From an uncultured Planctomycetaceae bacterium (GTDB lineage Bacteria; Planctomycetota; Planctomycetia; Pirellulales; PALSA-1355), in assembly GCA_963793635.1 (NCBI GenBank), contig CAWCAX010000006.1:597802-661801 (forward strand): a DNA stretch of 64,000 bases, written 5' to 3'. Shown piece by piece: positions 40,263-50,004 of the stretch; within the stretch, counting starts at the first letter, position 1; each line of letters begins with the position of its first letter. The position numbers and the translations under genes were made by a program. A model generated the notes under the pieces. It did no database searches, was not told where the DNA came from, and was given only the letters and a program-made list of their open reading frames with translations.

Positions 40263-42992
40263 ATGAGAAACGCCATGATGATTCGGTCGTTCCGCGGTCT
40301 GCATTCCTCGCCGCCAGGCTTGGCGATCCTCGCCACGGGTCTAATCGCCGGCAGTCTAATCGTCGGCTCGGGCCTGGCCTTTGCCGATGCGCCCGAGGCC
40401 GCCCAACAAGCCGCGGCCGCTACTCCGGCTGCTGCGGCGGCAGCGACGACGCCCGCCACGCCGGCGCCGAAGTACCCGCCCTATGCGGACGTGATCAAGG
40501 ACTCCGAAGCCGTCGACGGTTTGATCAAGCTGCACCATAAGGGAACTCGGCTATACGCGGAGCTTGGCCCCAATCACTTGGACCGCGATTTTATCGTCCT
40601 GATCTCGATTGCGCGCGGGATCGGTAAAGGGGCGATTTTGGGGGGCATGAGCTGGGGTTTCGGTGACGATTGGATCTGGCAATTCCGCAAAGTCGACGAG
40701 CGGATTCACGTCGTCCGGCGAAACGTGCGGTTCACGGCGTCCAAGGGCAGCCCCGAGGAGAAGGCCGTTAATTTCGCCTATACCGACAGTGTCTTGTTCA
40801 GCTTACCCATCGTGACGACGGCCCCCAACGGGGCCTACGTGGTCGAGTTGACGCCGATTTTCATGGGCGACCTGCCACAAATCTCGTCGGTGCTGCCCGG
40901 CTTCAGCTTTTCCGAAAGCAAGTCGAGTTGGGCCCGCATCAAGGGCTTCAAGGACAACATCGAGTTGGAAGTCGCGGCGACCTACGCCTCCAGCGGCGGC
41001 CAGGACATCGACTCGGTGGCGGATAGCCGCGGCGCGACGATCAACGTGCATTATTCGATCAGTTTGCTGCCCAGCACGGGTTTTCAATCGCGGGTGGCCG
41101 ACGACCGGGTCGGTTACTTCCTGACGGTGGTCAAGGACTATTCGCGCAAGGGAGTCGACGACCGGTTCGTTCGCTACATCAACCGTTGGGATCTGCGCAA
41201 GGCGGATGCCTCGGCCGACATCTCGCCGCCGACCAAGCCGATCATCTTTTGGTTGGAAAAGACGATTCCGTTCGTCTACCGCAAGCCGATCCGCGACGGC
41301 ATTCTGGAATGGAACAAAGCTTTCGAGAAGGCTGGTTTCGCCAACGCCATCGAAGTGCGGCAGCAACCCGACAACGCCGAATGGGATCCGGAAGACATCA
41401 ACTACAACACGTTCCGCTGGATCACCGCCGGGGCCGGCTTTGCCATGGGTCCCTCGCGGGTCAATCAGACGACCGGCCAGATTCTGGACGCCGACGTGAT
41501 TTTCGACGCCGACTTCCTGCGCTTCTGGAAGGAAGAGTACGAGACCTTCACTCCGGCGGGAATTGCCGAGTTGACCGGCGGGCCGCTCGATCTGGCGACC
41601 TACCGCAGCGAGCAGGCCAAGCTCTCGGCGCACGAGCACCACCTGGGTTGCGAGCTGTTCCACGGCCTCTCGCGCGAGCTGGCATTTGGAGCCGCCGTGG
41701 TGGCCGCCCGCGATAATAGCCCGGCCGAGCGCGAGAAGATGATCATGCAGGGTCTGAAAGAAGTGACCATGCACGAGATCGGCCACACGCTGGGTCTGCG
41801 GCACAATTTCAAGGCCAGCACCCTCTACACGCTGGACGAATTGAACGACCCGCAAAAGACCAAAGACACGGGTCTGACCTCGTCGGTCATGGATTACTCG
41901 CCGACCAACCTGGTGCCCAAGGGAGCCAATCAGGGGGACTATTTCTCGTCGACCGTCGGCCCCTACGACATGTGGGCCATCGAGTACGGCTACAAACCGC
42001 TCAGTGGCGGCACCGAAGGCGAAATCGCCGAGCTCAAAAAGATCGCCGGCCGCAGCGGCGAGCCGGCCCTGGCCTACTCCACCGACGAGGATACCCGCGG
42101 CATCGATCCCGATCCGCTGTCCAACCGTTTCGACATGGGCAAGGATCCGATCGCCTACGCCAAGCTGCGGGCTCAATTGATCGGTGAGCTGTGGCCCAAA
42201 GTCATCGAGGACGTGACGAAAGAGGGAGACGGCTATCAGCAAGCTCGACGGGCGTTCGGCATTCTGCTGGGGAACCACGGCACGGCCATGTATTTCGCTT
42301 CGCGCTTCGTCGGCGGTCTGTACGTCAATCGGGCCCATAAGGGGGATGCCAACGGCCAGCCGCCTTTCGTGGTGGTCGATGCCGCCAAGCAGCGTGAAGC
42401 CTTGACGCTGGTGGAGGAACAAGTCTTCAGCGACAAGCCGTTCCAGTTTCCGCCGCAACTATACAACCACCTGGCGGCCTCGCGCTGGAACCATTGGGGC
42501 ACGGATGTGCCGCTCCGCACCGACTATCCGGTGCACGAGGTGATTGCGATGTGGCAGGAGCGGATTCTCAGTCAGCTTCTTTCGCCGCTGACGTTGGACC
42601 GGCTGCACGATTCGGAACTTAAGGTGCCCGCCGACCAGGACGCCCTGACCTCGGCGGAGTTGCTCTCGCGGCTGACCAAAGCCATTTATGCCGAGGTCGA
42701 CAAAATGCCCGAGGGGGAATTCACCAACCGCAAACCGGCCATCAGCAGTCTGCGGCGCAATTTGCAGCGGATTTATCTCAAGCGGTTGGCCGCGCTGGCC
42801 ATGGGCGACAACGGCGCTCCGCAGGATTGCCAGACGTTGGCCTATGCCGAGCTGAACGGCCTGGAGAGCCGGATCACCACCCTGCTCAAGGGCAATCCCA
42901 AGCTCGACGATTACAGCCGAGCCCACCTGGACGAGACTGCCAGCCGAATCCGCAAAGTGGTCGAAGCCCGATTGCAGCTCACCAAGCCGTAA
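40263..42992 (+). CDS. Secreted zinc-dependent metalloprotease (DUF5117/DUF4953 EcxA-type)
   Basis: HEIGHTLGLRHNF zinc motif, SSVMDY Met-turn, D.RVGYF, signal peptide. Confidence 0.92.
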   Translation: MRNAMMIRSFRGLHSSPPGLAILATGLIAGSLIVGSGLAFADAPEAAQQAAAATPAAAAAATTPATPAPKYPPYADVIKDSEAVDGLIKLHHKGTRLYAELGPNHLDRDFIVLISIARGIGKGAILGGMSWGFGDDWIWQFRKVDERIHVVRRNVRFTASKGSPEEKAVNFAYTDSVLFSLPIVTTAPNGAYVVELTPIFMGDLPQISSVLPGFSFSESKSSWARIKGFKDNIELEVAATYASSGGQDIDSVADSRGATINVHYSISLLPSTGFQSRVADDRVGYFLTVVKDYSRKGVDDRFVRYINRWDLRKADASADISPPTKPIIFWLEKTIPFVYRKPIRDGILEWNKAFEKAGFANAIEVRQQPDNAEWDPEDINYNTFRWITAGAGFAMGPSRVNQTTGQILDADVIFDADFLRFWKEEYETFTPAGIAELTGGPLDLATYRSEQAKLSAHEHHLGCELFHGLSRELAFGAAVVAARDNSPAEREKMIMQGLKEVTMHEIGHTLGLRHNFKASTLYTLDELNDPQKTKDTGLTSSVMDYSPTNLVPKGANQGDYFSSTVGPYDMWAIEYGYKPLSGGTEGEIAELKKIAGRSGEPALAYSTDEDTRGIDPDPLSNRFDMGKDPIAYAKLRAQLIGELWPKVIEDVTKEGDGYQQARRAFGILLGNHGTAMYFASRFVGGLYVNRAHKGDANGQPPFVVVDAAKQREALTLVEEQVFSDKPFQFPPQLYNHLAASRWNHWGTDVPLRTDYPVHEVIAMWQERILSQLLSPLTLDRLHDSELKVPADQDALTSAELLSRLTKAIYAEVDKMPEGEFTNRKPAISSLRRNLQRIYLKRLAALAMGDNGAPQDCQTLAYAELNGLESRITTLLKGNPKLDDYSRAHLDETASRIRKVVEARLQLTKP

Positions 42993-43021
42993 GCCGGGCA
43001 AGTGCCTCCAGCGAAAAAATG

Positions 43022-43061
43022 AAACCTCCTCTCCTGGGAAACCGCGGGAGGAGTTTTTTTT
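43022..43061 (+). terminator. Intrinsic terminator
   Basis: ctcctctc...gggaggag followed by 8 T. Confidence 0.6.
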
Positions 43062-43300
43062 GCTTCTTGGAGCGTGAGAAATCGACCGTCGATGAGGCCC
43101 CGGCAATCGTTGACTGCCGGCTATTCGGGCTTTTGTCAAAACATTCCATCCTTGTTCCTCGTCATCCCCCGTATCCTCTCTTCATCTCCCTATCCCCGTC
43201 ACTCTTCGTTTGCCTTACCCGCAAGAGCTTCACTTTTCGCCACGGCGCGCAGCAGTTATGCTACTAGGAGTTGAATTTCGCGCGGCGGGAGCTTGCACGC

Positions 43301-43648
43301 ATGAGAATGGTAGTGGCCGTGATTCAGCCGACCAGGCTTAGCGCGGTTCGCGAGGCGCTGGCCAAGATCGGCGTGACTCGCATGACCGTTTGCGATGCGC
43401 AGGGCTACGCCCGGCAGCGCGGCAAAACCGAGACCTACCGCGGCAACGAGTACAAAACCAACCTGCTGCGCAAAGTGGCTCTCGAAATCACGGTGAACGA
43501 AGACTTTCTCGACCGCACGATCGAAACGATCATGAACGTCGCCCGCACCGGACCCGAGGGCAATATCGGCGACGGCAAGATCTTCGTCCTACCGGCGCTG
43601 GAGGCCATCGAGATCGGTCGCGACGTCCGCGGGCCGGAAGCGGTTTAG
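43301..43648 (+). CDS. Second P-II family nitrogen regulator
   Basis: GYARQRG, TYRGNEY, LLRKV, GNIGDGKIFV. Confidence 0.92.
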   Translation: MRMVVAVIQPTRLSAVREALAKIGVTRMTVCDAQGYARQRGKTETYRGNEYKTNLLRKVALEITVNEDFLDRTIETIMNVARTGPEGNIGDGKIFVLPALEAIEIGRDVRGPEAV

Positions 43649-43658
43649 CGAGTCCCGC

Positions 43659-44021
43659 ATGTCCGCGATTTTGTTGACCACGGATCTGATGACCGCGTCC
43701 AAGGCTCAGGGAGCGGCGGCGCGCGCCGGCTGTTCTTTGAGGACGGTTGCCGACGCACCGGCGCTCCTGATTCAGGCCGAGCAGCAGGGCGCCGGGCTCG
43801 TGATTTTGGACCTGAGTATGCCGGGAATCGATCCGGCGTCCCTCGTGCCGCGCTTGCGAGCGCTGGCCGGCCGGCCGACGATTTTGGCCTTCGGGCCGCA
43901 TGTGCACGAGGCCCAGTTGCAAGCAGCGGCCGAGGCCGGCTGCGATGCGGTCATCGCCCGCGGGCAATTTCACGCCCAGGCGGAGCAAATCCTGGCCAGA
44001 CATGCCGGCAGCGCCCCGTGA
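43659..44021 (+). CDS. Stand-alone response-regulator receiver-like protein
   Basis: ILLTTD, LVILDLSMPG, ILAFGPH, AGCDAV; 10 nt after the P-II stop. Confidence 0.75.
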   Translation: MSAILLTTDLMTASKAQGAAARAGCSLRTVADAPALLIQAEQQGAGLVILDLSMPGIDPASLVPRLRALAGRPTILAFGPHVHEAQLQAAAEAGCDAVIARGQFHAQAEQILARHAGSAP

Positions 44022-44116
44022 CGGGGATCTCATTGCGCTGGCGGCTGGACCGCGGTTTGACCGGCCTCGGCGCCGGCTTGAGCGCCACCGGCCGGTTGGC
44101 CCATCAGGGGGCGGTG

Positions 44117-45394
44117 CTAGGTCGACGTCCACGGGCCGCGCTCGCAGTCGCCGCGGCCGAAACGCCACGTGAAGCCCAGGCCGATCCAGTAGCTTTCAAC
44201 GCTAATGTTCGTCAGGTTGCCGAACGATTGCGACGCTTCGAACATGCCGCCGGCAAACGCGTCGAAGTCGAGGCCGGGCAGCACGTCGACCAGGCCTACG
44301 CCCGCCGAGATCCGGTGCTGGTTGATGACCCCGAATTGAGCCTGCAAGTACTTGATGGCCGGAAAACCACCCGGCGGCGAAATGCCGGCCAGCGAATCGC
44401 CCGTATTGGGATTGATCGGATTCTCGGCATAGGCATATCCCAGTCGCAACCGGCAGCGCTGGTTGACTGTGTATTGCGATCCCAGCTGCATGACCCACTG
44501 ATTGCGGTAGATGGTGCTGAACAAGTCGGCATACTGCCACTGGATATAGAGCACATCGGCGGCCAGCAGCAGCCGGCCGTCCAGCAGGCTCGAATTGGAC
44601 ACGCCCAGCCCGATGTTATCCGGCAGATCGAGACGCAAATCCTGCGACACTTGAAAGGTGCCGCCGGGATTTTCCAGACGGACTTCGTCTTTGAAACGGT
44701 AATGTTGTTTGGTCTGGTAATAGAAGCCCAGGTTCGTCTTTTCGGTCAGCAGGTAATTGACCCCCACGCTGCCACGGATGCCGTAGGCGTTGGTCATCGT
44801 CGAATCGCCGACGAACGGACCATCGAGGTAGGCCGATCCGACGAACAGGGTTCCGCCCACCGAGAGCCGGTCGGTCAGTTGCACGCCGATCGAGCTGGCG
44901 AAATTCAAGAACAACAACGAAAAGTTGGTGCCGTTGGCCTGCGGCAAACGAAAGCTGCTCCCGCCGCCGGCGGTCGAAACCACGCCGATGCCCAGCGTTA
45001 CCGGCAGGCCCAGGGCGCTCAGGTCCTGCGTGACGCCGATGTTGGGCACAGCCACGCCGGGTGTTGTCGATTTGGCCGAAAAGGGCGTGATCAGCGGGGT
45101 GGGCGACCCGACGGGAATGCTGCCGGTCTGGTTCAGGTCGAAGGTCGAGCCGGCCCACGCGCCGCCGAGCGTGAATTGCGTGCCCCGATATTGTGTCAGG
45201 CTGGCGGCGTTGCCGTTGATGGCCGACACGTTGTCCTGCGGCGCCGCGATGCTCGTACCCGCCATTCCGCCGGAGGCTGGCGTCAAGGTGTTGAACAGCT
45301 CGGCCCCGAACGATTGGGCCAGCGCCTGCCTGCCGGTCAGCAGACACGCCAAAGCCGCCATCAGGCCGACCAAAAGGGAGCGGCGCAATTGCAT
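44117..45394 (-). CDS. OmpP1/FadL-family outer-membrane transporter
   Basis: GMAGTSIA.P.D.SAI..N.A.L hatch motif, LRLGYAY, terminal beta-strand GLGFTWRF. Confidence 0.82.
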   Translation of the reverse strand: MQLRRSLLVGLMAALACLLTGRQALAQSFGAELFNTLTPASGGMAGTSIAAPQDNVSAINGNAASLTQYRGTQFTLGGAWAGSTFDLNQTGSIPVGSPTPLITPFSAKSTTPGVAVPNIGVTQDLSALGLPVTLGIGVVSTAGGGSSFRLPQANGTNFSLLFLNFASSIGVQLTDRLSVGGTLFVGSAYLDGPFVGDSTMTNAYGIRGSVGVNYLLTEKTNLGFYYQTKQHYRFKDEVRLENPGGTFQVSQDLRLDLPDNIGLGVSNSSLLDGRLLLAADVLYIQWQYADLFSTIYRNQWVMQLGSQYTVNQRCRLRLGYAYAENPINPNTGDSLAGISPPGGFPAIKYLQAQFGVINQHRISAGVGLVDVLPGLDFDAFAGGMFEASQSFGNLTNISVESYWIGLGFTWRFGRGDCERGPWTST

Positions 45395-45680
45395 TGCTTA
45401 CCAGCCCTTTGCCTGTAAAAGCGCAAGAAGGATGAAGCGGACCTCCACCACGGTGGTCGTTATTGCTGGATTTCTCGACTCCTTTTCACGTCTGCTACTG
45501 AAAATACGGCTTCCACGGCAAGGTTCGCCCGGACGGCAACCACGTCCCCGGCGATTTGCGCCGATCGCTTTACGCCACGCGTAAACTCAACCCGCTGGGA
45601 ACAGGTGTTGCAGAATGCCGTGCGGCCGGGCCCCCACTACGGCCGAAAGCCTGCATCTTGAGCGGGCCGCATTGCTTACC

Positions 45681-45727
45681 AAAAAAACAAACCCGCCGCT
45701 TCGCACTGGGGGCGAAGCGGCGGGTTG
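45681..45727 (-). terminator. Intrinsic terminator
   Basis: aacccgccgcttcgc...gcgaagcggcgggtt with an A-tract (T-tract on the - strand). Confidence 0.8.
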
Positions 45728-45773
45728 CTGTGGGTCCCCGGTACACACCGAGATTCGAAGGCACTCCGGTCGA

Positions 45774-46652
45774 TCAGCGACCGGCGGCGTGCCAATTTCC
45801 TTCCTCGGCGGGTGCATCCGCCGGCAGGGCGACACGCAACGAGGCGGGCTGATAGGTCCAGTTGTTGATAATCGGGCGAGCTGTCATCCGATCCTCGCGT
45901 GGGCGGGCCGTCTGGCGGTCCTGCGGGTCGGTCATGCGCGGTACGATCGTGTTCGAATTGCGGGCACCGCCGTTGTCGGGAATCGGCCGCACCACCGGCT
46001 GCGTATCGGCCGCAGTGTTCGGACGGTAAGTGGGCGGGGTGCTGATCGAACTGGACGAGTCTGGCAGCGGAACCGGAGTGTTCTGGGGCAGGCTCGGCAC
46101 CACAGTGCCCGGGGCACCCAGAGTCGCGGGGGCCGACGGAACATAAGTGTTGGCACCTGCGCCACCCGTGCAGGTCGAGCAGCCAGGGCTGGCTTGTACG
46201 ACCGGATAGCTGGGGGCGTAATAGCTCGAAGCGATTGGGGCGGCGCTGCCGCAAGCTCCCGTGGCACAGGCCGGGGCACCGCAACCTCCCGTGGGGCAGC
46301 TGGGGGCATAGCAGCAAGCGGCCACCGGCCGGTACGTGGTTACCGGCACCAGTGAAGGCTGCATGCGATAGGTCGTGACCGGCTGAACCACGGTGGTCGG
46401 GCAGCCCGTGCAGGGATTGACGGTGGTGATCGGCCGGTAAGTCGTGACCGGCACGCTGGTGAATACACTGCGATAGGTCACCTGCGGCGCGTAATTGCAG
46501 GTGTTGCAGGCCGGCATCACGGCGGCCGGAGCGTAGTAGGTAGTGTTACCGCGGCCGAACAGGCAGCAGGCTCGGCTTTCGGCCGCAGCTGCGCACAGGG
46601 TGACCGACATTCCCAGCGCCACCAGGACGCGACGGATCAGGCGGCTCTTCAT
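45774..46652 (-). CDS. Secreted Cys/Pro/Thr-rich hypothetical protein
   Basis: Signal peptide, VPVTTYRP repeats, many CxxC/CC motifs. Confidence 0.75.
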   Translation of the reverse strand: MKSRLIRRVLVALGMSVTLCAAAAESRACCLFGRGNTTYYAPAAVMPACNTCNYAPQVTYRSVFTSVPVTTYRPITTVNPCTGCPTTVVQPVTTYRMQPSLVPVTTYRPVAACCYAPSCPTGGCGAPACATGACGSAAPIASSYYAPSYPVVQASPGCSTCTGGAGANTYVPSAPATLGAPGTVVPSLPQNTPVPLPDSSSSISTPPTYRPNTAADTQPVVRPIPDNGGARNSNTIVPRMTDPQDRQTARPREDRMTARPIINNWTYQPASLRVALPADAPAEEGNWHAAGR

Positions 46653-47234
46653 GGGTTTGCTCCCGACAAAAAGTAGGAATCGAACTTCATGGATTCAGTT
46701 AAAGTCGTTTTGCGGCCCGGCGTCAACACATCAACGCGCGCAGCCGCGCATTTGGAAAAACTTTACTTGTACGTTGACGGTATAAGTTACAGCGTCACTA
46801 CCGCGGAGGCAGACCGTGCGGCTTCTTGCCAGATGCTTGCGAATGTGCGGCCGCGCTTCATGAGCGGCCAGATGTGCAGTGTTCTACCTCTGACGAACTC
46901 TAGACCACGATTTGCGCCACCGGGCAAAAAAATCGCAGGTTTTGCTGTAGTTATGCCGATCCGCTGTCGAGCGAAACGGTTCAGAACGTGGCCGAAACCA
47001 GGTCAGCCCGGCCGGTCACGCGGACTTTGCCGATTACCCCCCAGGTAACCGGCTCGCGCCCCGCGGTAGCCGGGCAAGCGGTGCCCGCACCGATCTACAG
47101 CAACTCGCGGGCCAGCGCGTGCAGCCGCGGTTTTTCCGCGATTTCCGGCCCCGGTATTCGCTGTTCGAGGGCGACTAATTACAAGCCGTCGGATCCGGCT
47201 TGTAACTCCTACAATCGGCCGCAGGCCGGCGGGG

Positions 47235-49844
47235 CTAGTCTAGAATTTGAGTCGTTTCGTCGGCAACGATCGGGCTTCGATCCTGGTCGCTGGTCACTTC
47301 GGCATGCAGCCGTCCGGTGCCCGCTCGATCGCCCCGGACCCGCAGCTCGAACGTGATCGATTCGCCGGGCCGAATTTCAGCGATCGGCGTGAACTTTACG
47401 CTGCGCGGAAACATCGTGCCGCGGACCGGGCTGGTGTGCACCTCGGTGATCGTCATCTCGGGCGACACGGTCACCGAGAGCGCCACTTGTTTGGCGCGCC
47501 CGGCGCCGTTGTTGGAGAGCACGATCTGATAGGTTGTCTCGCCGCCGGCGCGAATCGGATCGGCCTGATCGGCGACCGCGATACTCATTTTGCTGGCCGT
47601 GGCAGGCGTCGCCGCGGCCGCGGCCGCCGGTGCGGTGATCTCGACGCAGGCCTCGTCGCCGCCGGTCGTCCCGCCGTCGGCGGTGACGTTGACCCGGTTG
47701 CAGGCCCGGGTCGATTCTTTCACGCAGCGGCAATCGACGCGGAAGGATTTGCTCTGGCCCGGCTCGAGCGTGGGAACCGTCCAGGTCAGCGCCCCGCCGC
47801 GGATTTCGAAGCCCACCTCGGCGCCCGTTACTTCGAGACTGGTCTCGGCTACGTCGCTGACCAAAACGTTATTGAGCGGCGCATCGCCGACGTTGGTGAC
47901 CGTGCTGACGAACTGGGCACTCTCGCCCAGCTTTCGGTGGTCGGGACCCGTCATGTGGACCGTCAGGCGCGAACCGCCGGGAGTGCGGGGAATGGTTTGG
48001 GGCGCTGCGGCCGCAGGGGGCACTGCCGGCGTCGGATTACTCGGCGGGGCCGCCGGAGTCGGGCCGGCCGCCGGTGGAACCGCCAGGCCGGCGCGGTCGG
48101 CCGCGGTAATACAAGTCCGCCCTTCGCCCCGCAAATTGCCATCGGCCGTCACGGTGACCTCTTGGCATAGCTGGCCCGCCTGCGCGACATGAAACGTGAC
48201 CGTGATGCGTCGCGTCTCTCGCGCCGCGATCTGGGCAACGTTGGCTTCGATCGGACTGGCTGCCGCGGTATGCTGCAAGCCGGCGTCGAAACGATCGGAA
48301 ATGACGACCGTCGTGGCCGGCGTATCGCCGCGGTTGGTGACTTCGATGGTGAAGGTTGCGTCGGTGCCGACTTCGGCGGCCGCGGGCCCTCGGATGGCCA
48401 CGTCCAACTGACCGGCGCCGACCTGGGTCGTGGCGCAGCTCTTGGTCGAGGTTCCGGAGCTCGTCGTCACGCTGGCGCAATAGCTCAGACTGCCCGCCTG
48501 CTCGACGCGGAAATTGGCCTCAATGACCTGCGTTTGCCGCGGGCCCAAATCCCCCAACTGCCACTGCTGGCCGCCGGGCGAGCTGATCGGGGCCGGATTG
48601 CTGTTGAGAAACACCAAGCCCGCGGGAGCCTGGTCGACAACCACGACTCCCTGAACCGGCACGCTGGCCGGGTTGGTGACTTCGATGCGATAGGTGGCCA
48701 CGGCCCCGACGCCGGCTTGCGCCGGGCCGCTCGTGCGGAGCGTAATGTCCGAACTGATCCACGTCGCCGTCGTCGAGCCGCTGCCGACGACCACCCGTCG
48801 GCCTGGGCCCGTGGCGCCGGAGGGATGAATCACCTGGATGCTGATCTGATTGCTGCCGGCAGTCGCCGCTTTTTGGAAGATTTCCGCGGTCGCTTGGCCG
48901 CTCTCACTGGTCATCACTTCCAGGATTGGTCCGCCGTCGGGACTAAAGCCGGCATCCGGTCCGCCGGTGATTTCATACCGCACGATCCAGCCGGCCAGCG
49001 GCGAGCCGTCGGTTTGCCGCGTCACGCTAGTGGTGAAGCTATGGCGAGTGCCGGCCGGGTTGATGGTCGGAGGCGGAAACATCCACTGCGAATCGATCCA
49101 GTAGATCGACCCGGTTTGCTGTCGCTGGTCCCAGCCTTTCACGTCGGGAGCGTACGCGGTTACGAACGAGCTGCCCTCGACCGGCGAGGTCACCGTCACC
49201 CAGGCCTGCCCGCTGCGTATCGCGACGTCGTCGGTGGGCGTCGGCGTGCCGCGATCGATGGTGGTGGCATGCGAAACGGTCGAATTGACGACGTAGGTAT
49301 TATTGACCTTTTTGGGCAGGCCACGCAGCGCGTCGAGGAAATCGAACGCGCCCCGCTGACCCGGCGACCCGAACTGACCGACTCCGCCCTGGGCAATCGT
49401 CCACTCGACCCGTTCGCGCGGCAGCGTGCCGCCCGCCTGGTTAACGACGGTGGCAATCATGATGACTTCGCTGCCGACGGGCGCGACCACTTGCGTGGGG
49501 CTTAGCGATACACCCAACTGGGGCACGAGCAGGGGCCCCCCAGCGGCAATCGGAGCCGCGGCCGGGGCTGCGGCGGGCGGAAGCGGGGGCATGATCACCG
49601 GCGCCGACGTTGGCGGCGGGGCCAAGGGGCCCACGACCACCGCTGGCGGACTTTCGACTGCCGCCGGTAGCGCCGGCGGGGGGCCCGAATTGTTGTGCAC
49701 GAAAATGTGATCGCCGGTCGGATCGATCCGCGGCAAGCAGCAGAAGTGGCAGCTGGCGCAACCGCTGGCCGCCAGCGCGCAAAGCACCGCCAGGACGCCC
49801 AGGCGTCGGCCGGACCGATTGCGTTGCGAAACGGGCGCCAGCAT
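47235..49844 (-). CDS. DUF11-repeat lipoprotein (OmcB-like Ig repeats)
   Basis: Lipobox-like LAASGC; repeated GP....G....Y.I.VTN.....A..VV..D modules. Confidence 0.82.
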   Translation of the reverse strand: MLAPVSQRNRSGRRLGVLAVLCALAASGCASCHFCCLPRIDPTGDHIFVHNNSGPPPALPAAVESPPAVVVGPLAPPPTSAPVIMPPLPPAAAPAAAPIAAGGPLLVPQLGVSLSPTQVVAPVGSEVIMIATVVNQAGGTLPRERVEWTIAQGGVGQFGSPGQRGAFDFLDALRGLPKKVNNTYVVNSTVSHATTIDRGTPTPTDDVAIRSGQAWVTVTSPVEGSSFVTAYAPDVKGWDQRQQTGSIYWIDSQWMFPPPTINPAGTRHSFTTSVTRQTDGSPLAGWIVRYEITGGPDAGFSPDGGPILEVMTSESGQATAEIFQKAATAGSNQISIQVIHPSGATGPGRRVVVGSGSTTATWISSDITLRTSGPAQAGVGAVATYRIEVTNPASVPVQGVVVVDQAPAGLVFLNSNPAPISSPGGQQWQLGDLGPRQTQVIEANFRVEQAGSLSYCASVTTSSGTSTKSCATTQVGAGQLDVAIRGPAAAEVGTDATFTIEVTNRGDTPATTVVISDRFDAGLQHTAAASPIEANVAQIAARETRRITVTFHVAQAGQLCQEVTVTADGNLRGEGRTCITAADRAGLAVPPAAGPTPAAPPSNPTPAVPPAAAAPQTIPRTPGGSRLTVHMTGPDHRKLGESAQFVSTVTNVGDAPLNNVLVSDVAETSLEVTGAEVGFEIRGGALTWTVPTLEPGQSKSFRVDCRCVKESTRACNRVNVTADGGTTGGDEACVEITAPAAAAAATPATASKMSIAVADQADPIRAGGETTYQIVLSNNGAGRAKQVALSVTVSPEMTITEVHTSPVRGTMFPRSVKFTPIAEIRPGESITFELRVRGDRAGTGRLHAEVTSDQDRSPIVADETTQILD

Positions 49845-50004
49845 TGCCAAAAACACCGCTATAGCTGCTTTTAGTCAGAGCGGGGAACTTCCCCTCTACC
49901 TGAAAACTAGCATGCTGTTTTGGCAACATGGTGAATTTTGGCAACGCGGTGCCCCCGCCGCGCATTTACAGCCCGCACAATCCGCAGAGGCGGCACGTCG
50001 AACT

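Noticed and set aside
40803-42458. Long antisense ORFs (also 4306-5742, 21251-22885, 51729-53312, 48189-49505)
   Set aside because: Shadow ORFs opposite well-supported genes, expected in high-GC DNA.
46776-46798. TGACG-N13-CGTCA palindrome; also TGCTTAAGCA near 51499
   Set aside because: Short single occurrences that could arise by chance, with no regulator assignable.
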